32,000 nt of DNA from Candidatus Lokiarchaeum ossiferum (GTDB taxonomy: Archaea; Asgardarchaeota; Lokiarchaeia; Sigyniarchaeales; Promethearchaeaceae): contig CP104013.1 in the NCBI GenBank assembly GCA_025839675.1, positions 2,010,001 through 2,042,000 on the forward strand. Direction: 5' to 3'. The notes beneath the pieces are model-generated. The model worked only from the letters and a program-made list of their open reading frames with translations, had not been told where the DNA came from and searched no databases. Position numbers and translations under genes: made by a program. Every line of letters starts with the position of its first letter. Position 1 is the first letter of the stretch. Positions 24,221 through 31,922 of the stretch are shown here, in pieces.

Positions 24221-24823
24221 TCACTCATCTTTTTTTGCATAGGTTTTTCCAATAATCCCACCTGGATGGCGGACTTTGAACCACACATCATTAAACCCTA
24301 ACTTTTCTGCAGCAGTTATCGCTAAAATATCAGCGATAATTAGCATTAGAGTAGTGGAAGTCGAAGGTACTTTGGAAACCAAACAAGATTCTTGAATTTG
24401 TCCGTATGAAATCAAAACATCTACGTCAAATTGTGGTGTGGAAGTTCCAGAAACAAGGATTGTTGGATTGGTTTGCTGATGAAATTTATGAAGGGATGCA
24501 ATCATTTCTTTCACCTCCGATGTGGCACCAGAATGTGAAAAAATAATCAGGAGATCATTCTCTCGAACCTTTCCTAAATCACCATGTAAAGATTCCGCCG
24601 GATTTAGATAGAAAGAGGGGATGCCAATACTTGCCATTGTCGCACTCATTTTTTGTGCGATAATCCCCGCTTTTCCCATCCCAGTAGTAATCACAATGGA
24701 ACCTTCTTTTTGGGCATTATATATACGATCCACAGCATCTTTATAATGGCTATCAATTGAAAGTGCCATAATTGCCTTTTGCTGAATTTGAAGTATTTCC
24801 CCCATACGGTCAACAATGTTCAC
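24221..24823 (-). CDS. SIS-domain sugar-phosphate isomerase, KpsF/GutQ/KdsD-like (arabinose-5-phosphate-isomerase type) without CBS domains
   Basis: TTGMGKAGIIAQKMSATMASIGIPSFYLNPAESLHGDLG...IFSHSGATSEV closely follows the KdsD/GutQ SIS pattern (GMGKSG..K.AAT.ASTG.PSFF..P.EA.HGDLG...SNSGES.E). The protein is only 200 aa, so the CBS pair is absent. The GTG start at 24823 has GGGAG 8 nt upstream; an alternative ATG is at 24805. Confidence 0.75.
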   Translation of the reverse strand: MNIVDRMGEILQIQQKAIMALSIDSHYKDAVDRIYNAQKEGSIVITTGMGKAGIIAQKMSATMASIGIPSFYLNPAESLHGDLGKVRENDLLIIFSHSGATSEVKEMIASLHKFHQQTNPTILVSGTSTPQFDVDVLISYGQIQESCLVSKVPSTSTTLMLIIADILAITAAEKLGFNDVWFKVRHPGGIIGKTYAKKDE

Positions 24824-24946
24824 TTTTCTTCTCCCTATTGTTCTGAGAGCTGGGACCCCTTAAAAATTCATCCAACAAGGTTTGATAAAAAAACTTTATA
24901 TCGGAAAAATAACTTTCAATCTTGTTTCTGGTATTCATAGCACAAC

Positions 24947-24960
24947 TATTTTTACATAAT
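24947..24960 (+). promoter_or_regulatory. TATA-like box (TATTTTTACATAAT) about 30 nt upstream of tRNA-Trp
   Basis: Its position relative to the mature 5' end at 24984 matches archaeal promoter spacing. This is weak evidence in AT-rich DNA. Confidence 0.3.
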
Positions 24961-24983
24961 TGTGTGGAAACCGAATCATCTTT

Positions 24984-25059
24984 GGGACGTTCGTCTAGTG
25001 GCTAGGATGGTGGGCTCCAGACCCACTGATCGCGGGTTCAATTCCCACACGTCCCACCA
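24984..25059 (+). tRNA. tRNA-Trp (anticodon CCA), 73 nt plus genomically encoded CCA
   Basis: I folded it manually.
- Acceptor stem: GGGACGT/ACGTCCC, 7 bp.
- D-stem: GTCT/GGAT, with loop AGTGGCTA.
- Anticodon stem: GTGGG/CCCAC, with loop CT-CCA-GA.
- Variable loop: TGATC.
- T-arm: GCGGG-TTCAATT-CCCAC, with one C:A mismatch.
- Discriminator A, then CCA at 25057-25059.
- There is no intron. Confidence 0.85.
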
Positions 25060-25100
25060 TTTCTTCACTTTTAACAAAATGTGACATCTTTTTAGGAAGT

Positions 25101-25128
25101 AATCCATCCATTGACAAGTGTATGGATT
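25101..25128. terminator. hairpin between convergent tRNA-Trp and the 25153 gene (AATCCATCCA-ttgacaag-TGTATGGATT)
   Basis: It is a 10-bp stem with one mismatch and an 8-nt loop, read directly. T-rich tracts flank the tRNA 3' end (25060-25075). Confidence 0.3.
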
Positions 25129-25152
25129 CATTAAACATGGGATGATTACTCA

Positions 25153-25830
25153 TCACTGAAAACGGGTATAGCAGTTGTTATATATCCCTTGATAAGTAGA
25201 TTCATATAAACTCGCTTCTATAGGCAATTTAACTATGAAATCGAGATGAACCGATAAGTCATCACAACCAGAACCAATGTTAAACGTTAATGTGTCACCC
25301 CACTTGATGACATCATTGCTTCCAATAATGATGTAAACACGAACTTGTTCATGCAAATCAAGATACATGTCAGAGATTATCTCCTTACGCCATTCCATCC
25401 ACGAGACTGAAACAGTACTCTTCATTTTTAAACGTTGAGTTAAATTCTGTTCCATTGGATAACGAAATTGATCAAACCAGCGATCATCCGATTTCAGATG
25501 ACAGAAAAAACCATTATTATCACGCCAAGAGGATTCAAAGGAAGTGAAATATCTTAAGTTAGGAAGAAGAGAGGAATTTACGGATAAATCAAACCATAAA
25601 TATCGAATTTCCGACGAATTCATAGGGTGTGTAAGGATATGGAGCTTCCTATCATCCACTTCAATTCCAGAATAGAGACTATCATATGGGCCAGGCTTAT
25701 TACAAGGACAAATTTCCCTTTCTGGGAAATTATTAAAAATTAAAATCCCAAAAAAAGCGATATTCAAACAAATTACTAAGCAAATTCCCAAAACAAAGCG
25801 TTTATGGTTCTTATGATAGCCGTGCTTCAT
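25153..25830 (-). CDS. type-II (N-terminal signal-anchor) membrane protein with a Cys-containing extracytoplasmic domain, unknown function
   Basis: The ATG at 25830 gives MKHGYHKNHKRFVLGICLVICLNIAFFGILIF, a basic segment followed by a TM. The track start at 25920 is TTG and adds 30 low-complexity residues. The ectodomain has W/Y/C-rich beta-like segments and several sequons (NSS, NLT). Confidence 0.55.
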   Translation of the reverse strand: MKHGYHKNHKRFVLGICLVICLNIAFFGILIFNNFPEREICPCNKPGPYDSLYSGIEVDDRKLHILTHPMNSSEIRYLWFDLSVNSSLLPNLRYFTSFESSWRDNNGFFCHLKSDDRWFDQFRYPMEQNLTQRLKMKSTVSVSWMEWRKEIISDMYLDLHEQVRVYIIIGSNDVIKWGDTLTFNIGSGCDDLSVHLDFIVKLPIEASLYESTYQGIYNNCYTRFQ

Positions 25831-25982
25831 TAGTTTTGAAAACAAATTTAAGTATATATACTTAATATTCAAAAAAAATTCTACAAAACTAACATCCATG
25901 AAATTCATGATTTGGATCAATTCCGGCTATCGAAATTTGGATTAAACATTTGCCTAATCTGATCATTTAATGTGATTTCAAG

Positions 25983-28067
25983 TTAATATTCAATCAAGTT
26001 TTTAATTATTTTATTTCGAATTGATTTCATTTTTTCCTTATCTATCTGGGATGCTTCAGTCAAGGTATTCATTTCTTCAATGAAAATGGATTCAATTTTT
26101 TGCCTATCAGTAAAAATTTGCTTCAATTCTTCTGGAAAAATTAAAGTAAAGAGAATATATGCCTTTCCATGCTGCCTTTCACTCGTTTGGGTGCAATCGT
26201 TGATTATAGTTGCATATATAAGCGCACGTAAGTTTCCTCCTCCAAATGGAAGTAGTCCAAATAATCCTTGATGATATTTATGTCCTTGACCTAAAGCAGA
26301 TGTATACAACGAGCCACTCAAGATTAAATCTTTATACCAATTGCTATCATTTGGATCTAAATTATCAGCCAACATCACATCTGGACCCATAATTTCATCA
26401 ACTTTGAAAAGAACGAGATAGATTTGATTTTGATCCCCTTTCTTCAATTTCTTTTGATTGAAAGTGGATGTTGCACTATTAATTTCATCAATGGCAAATT
26501 GAATAAAAAATGAATTGGTATCTTTACTATCTACCGATATTCCTTCTCCATTTATCTGATTTAAAGTAAAAGTATAAGTATTTTGTGAAGTGAGAATTAG
26601 GTTTGGAATTTCGCATTTTTCCGCCAATTCAATTGCTTCTCCAAAGATTTTTTTTACATTCTCAACTTGCTTTTTAATTCCAAGTAAAATTCCCTGAATT
26701 ATTAGAGAAGTAATCAATTTTGGAATCAAATTTTTTTCACGAGTAAAGTTAATTGCTTTCTGAATATAATCGAATGCATGATTAAAATCACTTTGATCCA
26801 TTGTTTTTTTATATTTGAGGAGATAAGCAAGAGTAAGTAATAATAAGGCATTGTTATGTAAAATGAGATTATGTTTCTCTTCTGAAATATAGCTTGCTCG
26901 AATTAGATCAATTTCAGCAAGATCATATTGCTGTAATCTTAACTCAATTCGAGCTTTTTGGATTAATACTTTAATATATTCACTTTCCGATTTCTTCAAC
27001 CGCGCTATTCTGTCTGCTTCCTTTAGATAATGAAAAACCAAAGGAAAATTTTTAAATCCTAAACTTATTTCCGAGAGCGAAATACAAATATCTACTGCAA
27101 AAACCGTAACTTTGAATTCTATGACAATATCATAAGCTTCTTTTAAAAGTTCATGAGCTTTAATAGCATTTCCTTTTAACATCCAGAAAAAAGAATATTT
27201 ATACAGAGTTTCTATTTTTATTTGAGGACTATCGGAATCCTTAAAAAATTGCATAGCCTTTTCAAAAAAAAGTTGAGATTTTTTAAGTTTTCCAATATTA
27301 GCAAAAAAATAGGCATAGGAAGTTAACATTCCTCCTTCAAGAGAAGATTCTGATTCATTTGTAGCGATAGTCAATCCTTCCTTCAGACAATCTTCTGCTT
27401 TTTTTATCCTACCAGTTAGGAAATAAATATCAGCAAGATTTAATAAGGAAATACCAACAGCATTATGATATGAAATTTCTCGAAACAATTCAAGAGCTTT
27501 CTCATAATTTGATATAGTATGTTCTAAAGCCCCCTCAGACTCATATAAAATTCCAATGTTATTAAAAACTCGTGCTTTTTCTAAATTACTTATTTTATTG
27601 CTTTGAGAATTTTTAATATTGATAGAAAAAAGATGTTTTGCTTCAGAAATTTTCCCATTCAAATAAAGCATATAAGCTAAATCGGTTCTAACACCAAAAG
27701 CGGATTCAAATTTCCCCAATTTTTCATATATTGATAAAGCCATCTGATCGGACCGAATTGCATCATCAAATAATCCTAAATCACGATAGACTTTTCCATA
27801 TAAGAAGAAGATTTCTGCGAGCTCAAATTGATATCCTGCTTTTTCAGCAATTATTTTAGCTTTTAGTAAATATTCCTTAGATTTATTCAACTCATTGCTA
27901 AAAATGAAGAGATGGCTTAACTTAGTTAAACATTTAACTTTCTGTATAGAGTTTAGATTTTTCAAGAGTAATTGATCAAGGATTTTTTTTGCAGATTGAG
28001 GTTCAGAGAGTTTTAGCTTCAATGCTTTTTGGTATAAATGAGAAAATTCATCATTTGAAATGACCAT
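25983..28067 (-). CDS. TPR-repeat protein (about 545 aa of TPR) with a distinct C-terminal alpha/beta domain of about 150 aa (possibly longin-like)
   Basis: It has many TPR_12-like units (AEIFFLYGKVYRDLGLFDDAIRSDQMALSIYEKLG, ARVFNNIGILYESEGALEHTISNYEKALELF, and others). After a low-complexity linker the sequence changes character: IYLVLFKVDEIMGPDVML...GLFGLLPF...ALIYATIINDC...KAYILFTLIFPEE...helices. The track start at 28070 is GTG; ATG is at 28067. Confidence 0.75.
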   Translation of the reverse strand: MVISNDEFSHLYQKALKLKLSEPQSAKKILDQLLLKNLNSIQKVKCLTKLSHLFIFSNELNKSKEYLLKAKIIAEKAGYQFELAEIFFLYGKVYRDLGLFDDAIRSDQMALSIYEKLGKFESAFGVRTDLAYMLYLNGKISEAKHLFSINIKNSQSNKISNLEKARVFNNIGILYESEGALEHTISNYEKALELFREISYHNAVGISLLNLADIYFLTGRIKKAEDCLKEGLTIATNESESSLEGGMLTSYAYFFANIGKLKKSQLFFEKAMQFFKDSDSPQIKIETLYKYSFFWMLKGNAIKAHELLKEAYDIVIEFKVTVFAVDICISLSEISLGFKNFPLVFHYLKEADRIARLKKSESEYIKVLIQKARIELRLQQYDLAEIDLIRASYISEEKHNLILHNNALLLLTLAYLLKYKKTMDQSDFNHAFDYIQKAINFTREKNLIPKLITSLIIQGILLGIKKQVENVKKIFGEAIELAEKCEIPNLILTSQNTYTFTLNQINGEGISVDSKDTNSFFIQFAIDEINSATSTFNQKKLKKGDQNQIYLVLFKVDEIMGPDVMLADNLDPNDSNWYKDLILSGSLYTSALGQGHKYHQGLFGLLPFGGGNLRALIYATIINDCTQTSERQHGKAYILFTLIFPEELKQIFTDRQKIESIFIEEMNTLTEASQIDKEKMKSIRNKIIKNLIEY

Positions 28068-28421
28068 CACCTTTACTAGGGAAATCCAAAATATATGTCA
28101 TATTTTTATAAAAAGCTTAAAAAGTTTCACAATAATTTATACAACTAACAATTTTCGATTATTTACTGATTATTAATTCGAGATTTTACCCGAGCAAATG
28201 AAGGACATAAAATTTCTTGTGTAATATTAAATTAAAACCAGTAGTGTTCGAGTTATATGAATACTTAGATTGATAGGATACAAAGATACCGTTTTTATGG
28301 AAAAGGAAAGAAAAATGAAATGCGATCTATGAGAAAATATTGGGAATAACTTTGGTTAAATATGTACTAAAAATCCGTCCTTATTCTGGTAGATTTATAT
28401 ACCAAATTTGCGATAAATTAA

Positions 28422-28985
28422 ATGATGCCAATATTCAAAAATTCAAAAACCAAATGGGCGCGAATCCATGATGGATTTCGCCTTATAGTATCGTTTCACC
28501 TAATTGCCTTCTTGATTTACGTCAATATTTCTGTCGCTAGAGGACCTGAATATAGTTGGGGTTATTTAGTTATCTCAATCCTAATACTTCTCTCGGCTAC
28601 ATTCTGGACATATATTCATTATAAACCCCCCAAAAGTCTTCAAAATCAAAAAATTGCTAAAATTGGGTTAAATATTGTAGCATTAGAATACATTTTCTGT
28701 TTTGTAATACTAATAGCAGGATTTATGGGTTTATTTAATGAGATATTATCAATTATCTTTGTATTACCTTCTATTATTCACTCACTCTTAAATTTAACGG
28801 ACATAAATACTAATATGAATGGAATTCATGATCCAGACCAACATGAGATGATTTCTGATGTAAAACTAAGGAGGATTAAGAACATTAAAGTAGGAGGGTA
28901 TTATTTAGGCATAGTAAGTGGTATTATATTTACAATAATACTTGTTTCTGAATTAATTAATCTTATGAGAGAAGTTAGTATTTGA
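28422..28985 (+). CDS. integral membrane protein (4-5 TM), unknown function
   Basis: It has an ATG start and hydrophobic segments LIVSFHLIAFLIYV, YLVISILILLSATFWTYI, IVALEYIFCFVILIAGFMGLF, ILSIIFVLPSIIHSLL and YYLGIVSGIIFTIILV. Confidence 0.55.
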   Translation: MMPIFKNSKTKWARIHDGFRLIVSFHLIAFLIYVNISVARGPEYSWGYLVISILILLSATFWTYIHYKPPKSLQNQKIAKIGLNIVALEYIFCFVILIAGFMGLFNEILSIIFVLPSIIHSLLNLTDINTNMNGIHDPDQHEMISDVKLRRIKNIKVGGYYLGIVSGIIFTIILVSELINLMREVSI

Positions 28986-29202
28986 GGATCATTTAAATTC
29001 ATTAAAATTGAACAACTTAGTCCTTTCTTCTTCAATTAGAGAGATTATTAAAAAATGATTGACATGGAATTTAACAAAGTATCTAGAAATTTACACTTTT
29101 TTTTATTTTCTGATTCTTAACATAGATTCCAATTTTCAACCGCCATATGGTTCAATAGGACGAAACCTTTAAGTGTAGAACATATTCTTATCTTAGACAA
29201 AA

Positions 29203-29436
29203 ATGGTAAAAAAAATAAATTTCGCACGCCCGATGCGAAGTGCTCATAATGATTGGGGAAAGTATAACGAATATGAGAATCATCTTCTACCTATTGATGA
29301 AGAAGAATTACGAAAAATGCGAAGTACACAATTTCGCAACAGAGAAAGAAGGGAGCGTAGAACAGGAATATTGATTATTGGTACTTTATGTTCGATCATC
29401 CTGGCGATTTATTTCTATGCTAAATTAAATTATTAA
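29203..29436 (+). CDS. small protein (77 aa) with hydrophilic basic N-terminal part and a single C-terminal TM (tail-anchor-like)
   Basis: It has an ATG start. The basic segment RNRERRERR is followed by TGILIIGTLCSIILAIYFYA close to the C-terminus. Confidence 0.4.
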   Translation: MVKKINFARPMRSAHNDWGKYNEYENHLLPIDEEELRKMRSTQFRNRERRERRTGILIIGTLCSIILAIYFYAKLNY

Positions 29437-29610
29437 GAGAGCAAAAAGTTGCTGATATCTGAAGTAAGGCATAAAGATAAGGAAAATAGGAAATTTTTAC
29501 TTCTTATTTCATTAATAATAGAATTCAATGAAGAAAGAAATTCAGAACGAAGCCATAACCCACCCTTTTCTTCCTGTTTTCTATGAAGGATAGCATTTTA
29601 TAAATAAAAG

Positions 29611-30279
29611 CTATTTCTTTTGAAATATAGAATTCAATTGAGAACGAAAATCGGAATTCTCAATAAAAAGCTTAAAAATAGCAGTTATGCTAAACATTTC
29701 TTTAAGATGCCAAACAGAAAGGGGAGACGCTAAATCCGCTAAGGTTTTATCAGACTCGATGGCTTCAAATTGATCTTGAATATTTTTGCTTTCACCACTT
29801 AAGTATGTTTCAATGAGCTGTGTAAGAGGTTCAATTGAAGATTTTTCAACTTGGAAAAACCTTTGCATATACTCAGGGACAATTTTCATAAAATCTGCTC
29901 CAGAAGATGAATCCCACCAATTTTTTTTATCAAGATTTTCTTCAAAAAGAAATACCACAGCAGTTCGACAGTATAATTTCTCAGCCATGCGACTTTTTTG
30001 AGCCATTCTATGGCCCGAAACTTGTATAAGAGATGATTTTTCAAGAAATTCCATATAGCGATAGATAGTTTTCAATGCTTTAGAATATTTTTGGGTTTGG
30101 GGGTTATAATATAAATGATGAATTTCCTTGACGGTCATATGTCCATATTTCGTCAAACTTTTCATAATAAGTACGTGTTCCCTTAAAAGTTCTTCTTGTT
30201 TTAGGGAAATACGCCGAATTAGTTGAGGTTTTTTGGTTACAAAATCTTCATAATTCTTAGCGCTAATTTCATCAACCAT
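29611..30279 (-). CDS. winged-helix (ArsR/HTH_20-like) transcriptional regulator with an uncharacterised C-terminal helical domain
   Basis: The HTH-like stretch is HMTVKEIHHLYYNPQTQKYSKALKTIYRYMEFLEKSSLIQVSG. It is divergent from MBL paralog 2, with a palindrome in the shared intergenic region. Confidence 0.6.
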   Translation of the reverse strand: MVDEISAKNYEDFVTKKPQLIRRISLKQEELLREHVLIMKSLTKYGHMTVKEIHHLYYNPQTQKYSKALKTIYRYMEFLEKSSLIQVSGHRMAQKSRMAEKLYCRTAVVFLFEENLDKKNWWDSSSGADFMKIVPEYMQRFFQVEKSSIEPLTQLIETYLSGESKNIQDQFEAIESDKTLADLASPLSVWHLKEMFSITAIFKLFIENSDFRSQLNSIFQKK

Positions 30280-30328
30280 GTGAATGCAAGTTATTCAAGA
30301 TATGAAAACTTTTTAAACTTGTGAATCA

Positions 30329-30354
30329 TTGTCATGACATGACAACCATTTGTC
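30329..30354. promoter_or_regulatory. perfect 17-bp palindrome TTGTCATG-A-CATGACAA overlapping a second GACAA-N4-TTGTC repeat; candidate operator
   Basis: I read it directly (30329-30345, plus TTGTC at 30350-30354). It sits midway between the divergent starts at 30279 (-) and 30381 (+), just downstream of the A/T box TTTTAAAC (30311-30318). Confidence 0.35.
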
Positions 30355-30380
30355 GATATGCAAGAATTGGATGAAAAAAT

Positions 30381-31319
30381 ATGTCAATCGAAAAAGCAGA
30401 AATTATTGAAGTTACCGATAAAATATACTTACATCGTTATACTGGAACCAGGTTCAATGAAGGAAACATTTCCTGCATTAATATGAAGTGGGGATTAATT
30501 TTTATAGATGCGGGAGCACGAATGGATAAAGCCGCAGAATTTCGAAAACAGATGGAACAAAAATTTCAAAAATCCTCGAAAATATTAGTTTTAACCCATA
30601 CCGATGGGGATCACATTCAGGGAATGGATGCTTTTGCAGATCTTCAAGTAATTGTCTCTGAATCTGGAATGCAAAAGATGGTTGAAGACGAAAGGGAAGG
30701 TGCCTTCAAGAAAGAATTTCGTCAAAATCAAATTGACAAAATAATCAAAGGAGCGGAAGAACGAAAGGACCCTTTACCAGATGCATGGATGAATGACTTT
30801 GCACCTCGCTTCATTAAAGCAAAGTTTTTTCTTCCCAATATATCCTTTAAGAATCAGATGTATATCAGAGATAATACTCAAACATTAACACTAACTTTGA
30901 TTCAAGGGCATACTCCTTGTTCCATTCTAATTGAGTATCGTTCAAGTGAAGATAATTCACAAAAAATTTTGTTTACGGGAGATAATCTGAATGCAGAGCA
31001 TGCTGATAATTCCGGTTGTATGTTAGGGCGATCTATGGAAAGTTTGAAGCAAATTAAACATATAATTGATTCAGATTTTAATGTTTTTGTACCTGGACAT
31101 GGACCTGTGGTTGATAAAGAATATGCAATTAAAACATTAGCTTATTTAACAGAAATGAAATCAAGAATAAACCAATTGATAGCAGAAAATTTATCAAAGG
31201 AAGCAATCATAACACATCCAAGTCTCCCCGTCTTCTATGAAACCAAGGTCCCAGATTTTCTCCCAAGAGTTATTTCATTATGGTATGACTATTTCAATTC
31301 AGATCCAAAATCAGTTTAA
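30381..31319 (+). CDS. metallo-beta-lactamase-fold protein (paralog 2) with variant first metal motif
   Basis: It has the same motif order as paralog 1: LTHTDGDHIQG (H-x-D-x-D-H in place of HxHxDH), QGHTPCS, FTGDNL and VPGHGP. The length (312 vs 313 aa) and the charged insert are also similar. Confidence 0.8.
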   Translation: MSIEKAEIIEVTDKIYLHRYTGTRFNEGNISCINMKWGLIFIDAGARMDKAAEFRKQMEQKFQKSSKILVLTHTDGDHIQGMDAFADLQVIVSESGMQKMVEDEREGAFKKEFRQNQIDKIIKGAEERKDPLPDAWMNDFAPRFIKAKFFLPNISFKNQMYIRDNTQTLTLTLIQGHTPCSILIEYRSSEDNSQKILFTGDNLNAEHADNSGCMLGRSMESLKQIKHIIDSDFNVFVPGHGPVVDKEYAIKTLAYLTEMKSRINQLIAENLSKEAIITHPSLPVFYETKVPDFLPRVISLWYDYFNSDPKSV

Positions 31320-31332
31320 TAGGACTCCCTTA

Positions 31333-31339
31333 TTTTTTT
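31333..31339 (+). terminator. oligo-T tract (7 T) 14 nt after the MBL paralog 2 stop, followed by a CCATATG...CATATGG hairpin (31342-31368)
   Basis: I read it directly. An oligo-T tract is the usual archaeal termination signal. This is weak evidence in AT-rich DNA. Confidence 0.3.
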
Positions 31340-31475
31340 CCCCATATGATTTTCTAGTTACCATATGGATCCATTGGAACTCTTTGGTGAATTCATATTA
31401 GACTAAGAGACTATTATATAATTAGAATCTTAGTGATTCGGGTGAAATATTATATCAATATATGAAAGCGCAAAA

Positions 31476-31649
31476 ATGGATTTTATGAGACGGGAACACT
31501 ACAATGTTGGGCGATATGATGATGTTCAAAAGGATTATGTTCAACACGATAAGAAGAATAGCATTATGAAAATGGTAGACAAATTAGTACCTTTCATCCT
31601 ATTCGGTGGAATTTTTCTGATGTGGATTCTCGTTTTTAATAGAGCTTGA
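31476..31649 (+). CDS. small ORF (57 aa, not in track) with a C-terminal TM, tail-anchor-like
   Basis: I translated it by hand: MDFMRREHYNVGRYDDVQKDYVQHDKKNSIMKMVDKLVPFILFGGIFLMWILVFNRA*, 58 codons in frame. Its architecture matches the 77-aa ORF at 29203. Confidence 0.3.
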   Translation: MDFMRREHYNVGRYDDVQKDYVQHDKKNSIMKMVDKLVPFILFGGIFLMWILVFNRA

Positions 31650-31922
31650 AGGGTAATCAACCTATCTATTTATTTTTTCAATCAACTGACCTAAAATACT
31701 TACAATTATTTAGAACTTTTCGATTTTTTCGAAAATACTTAAACTTTTAATCAATTAACAATGTATTTGGCGGATAACAAGGTTATTTTTGGGATATCTA
31801 CCAGTTCGTTAAAGACTACACTTTCGTACATATCCACATTCTTCTGTTTCTTCCGAAAGGATATATAAACTGTTGTCTGTTAAATACAATTTTTTTTATT
31901 ACTCCAACTTCAAGATCTATCA

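Noticed and set aside
24984-25059. Possible intron or C/D-box guide within tRNA-Trp
   Set aside because: The cloverleaf closes with a standard 7-nt anticodon loop and a total length of 73 nt, which leaves no room for an intron.
26080-30001. ORFs 26080..26271 (+) and 29786..30001 (+)
   Set aside because: They are antisense to the TPR/longin-like gene and the wHTH regulator gene respectively.
1926-31880. Apparent recurrence of GTTGTC/GACAAC in several promoter-like regions (1926, 1937, 2003, 21366, 30341, 31872) as a shared regulon motif
   Set aside because: By my rough composition-based estimate, a hexamer like this is expected about ten times in 64 kb of two-strand sequence. The copies also have inconsistent spacing and partners. 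Only the palindromic arrangements at 1926-1942 and 30329-30354 were kept, as low-confidence operators.
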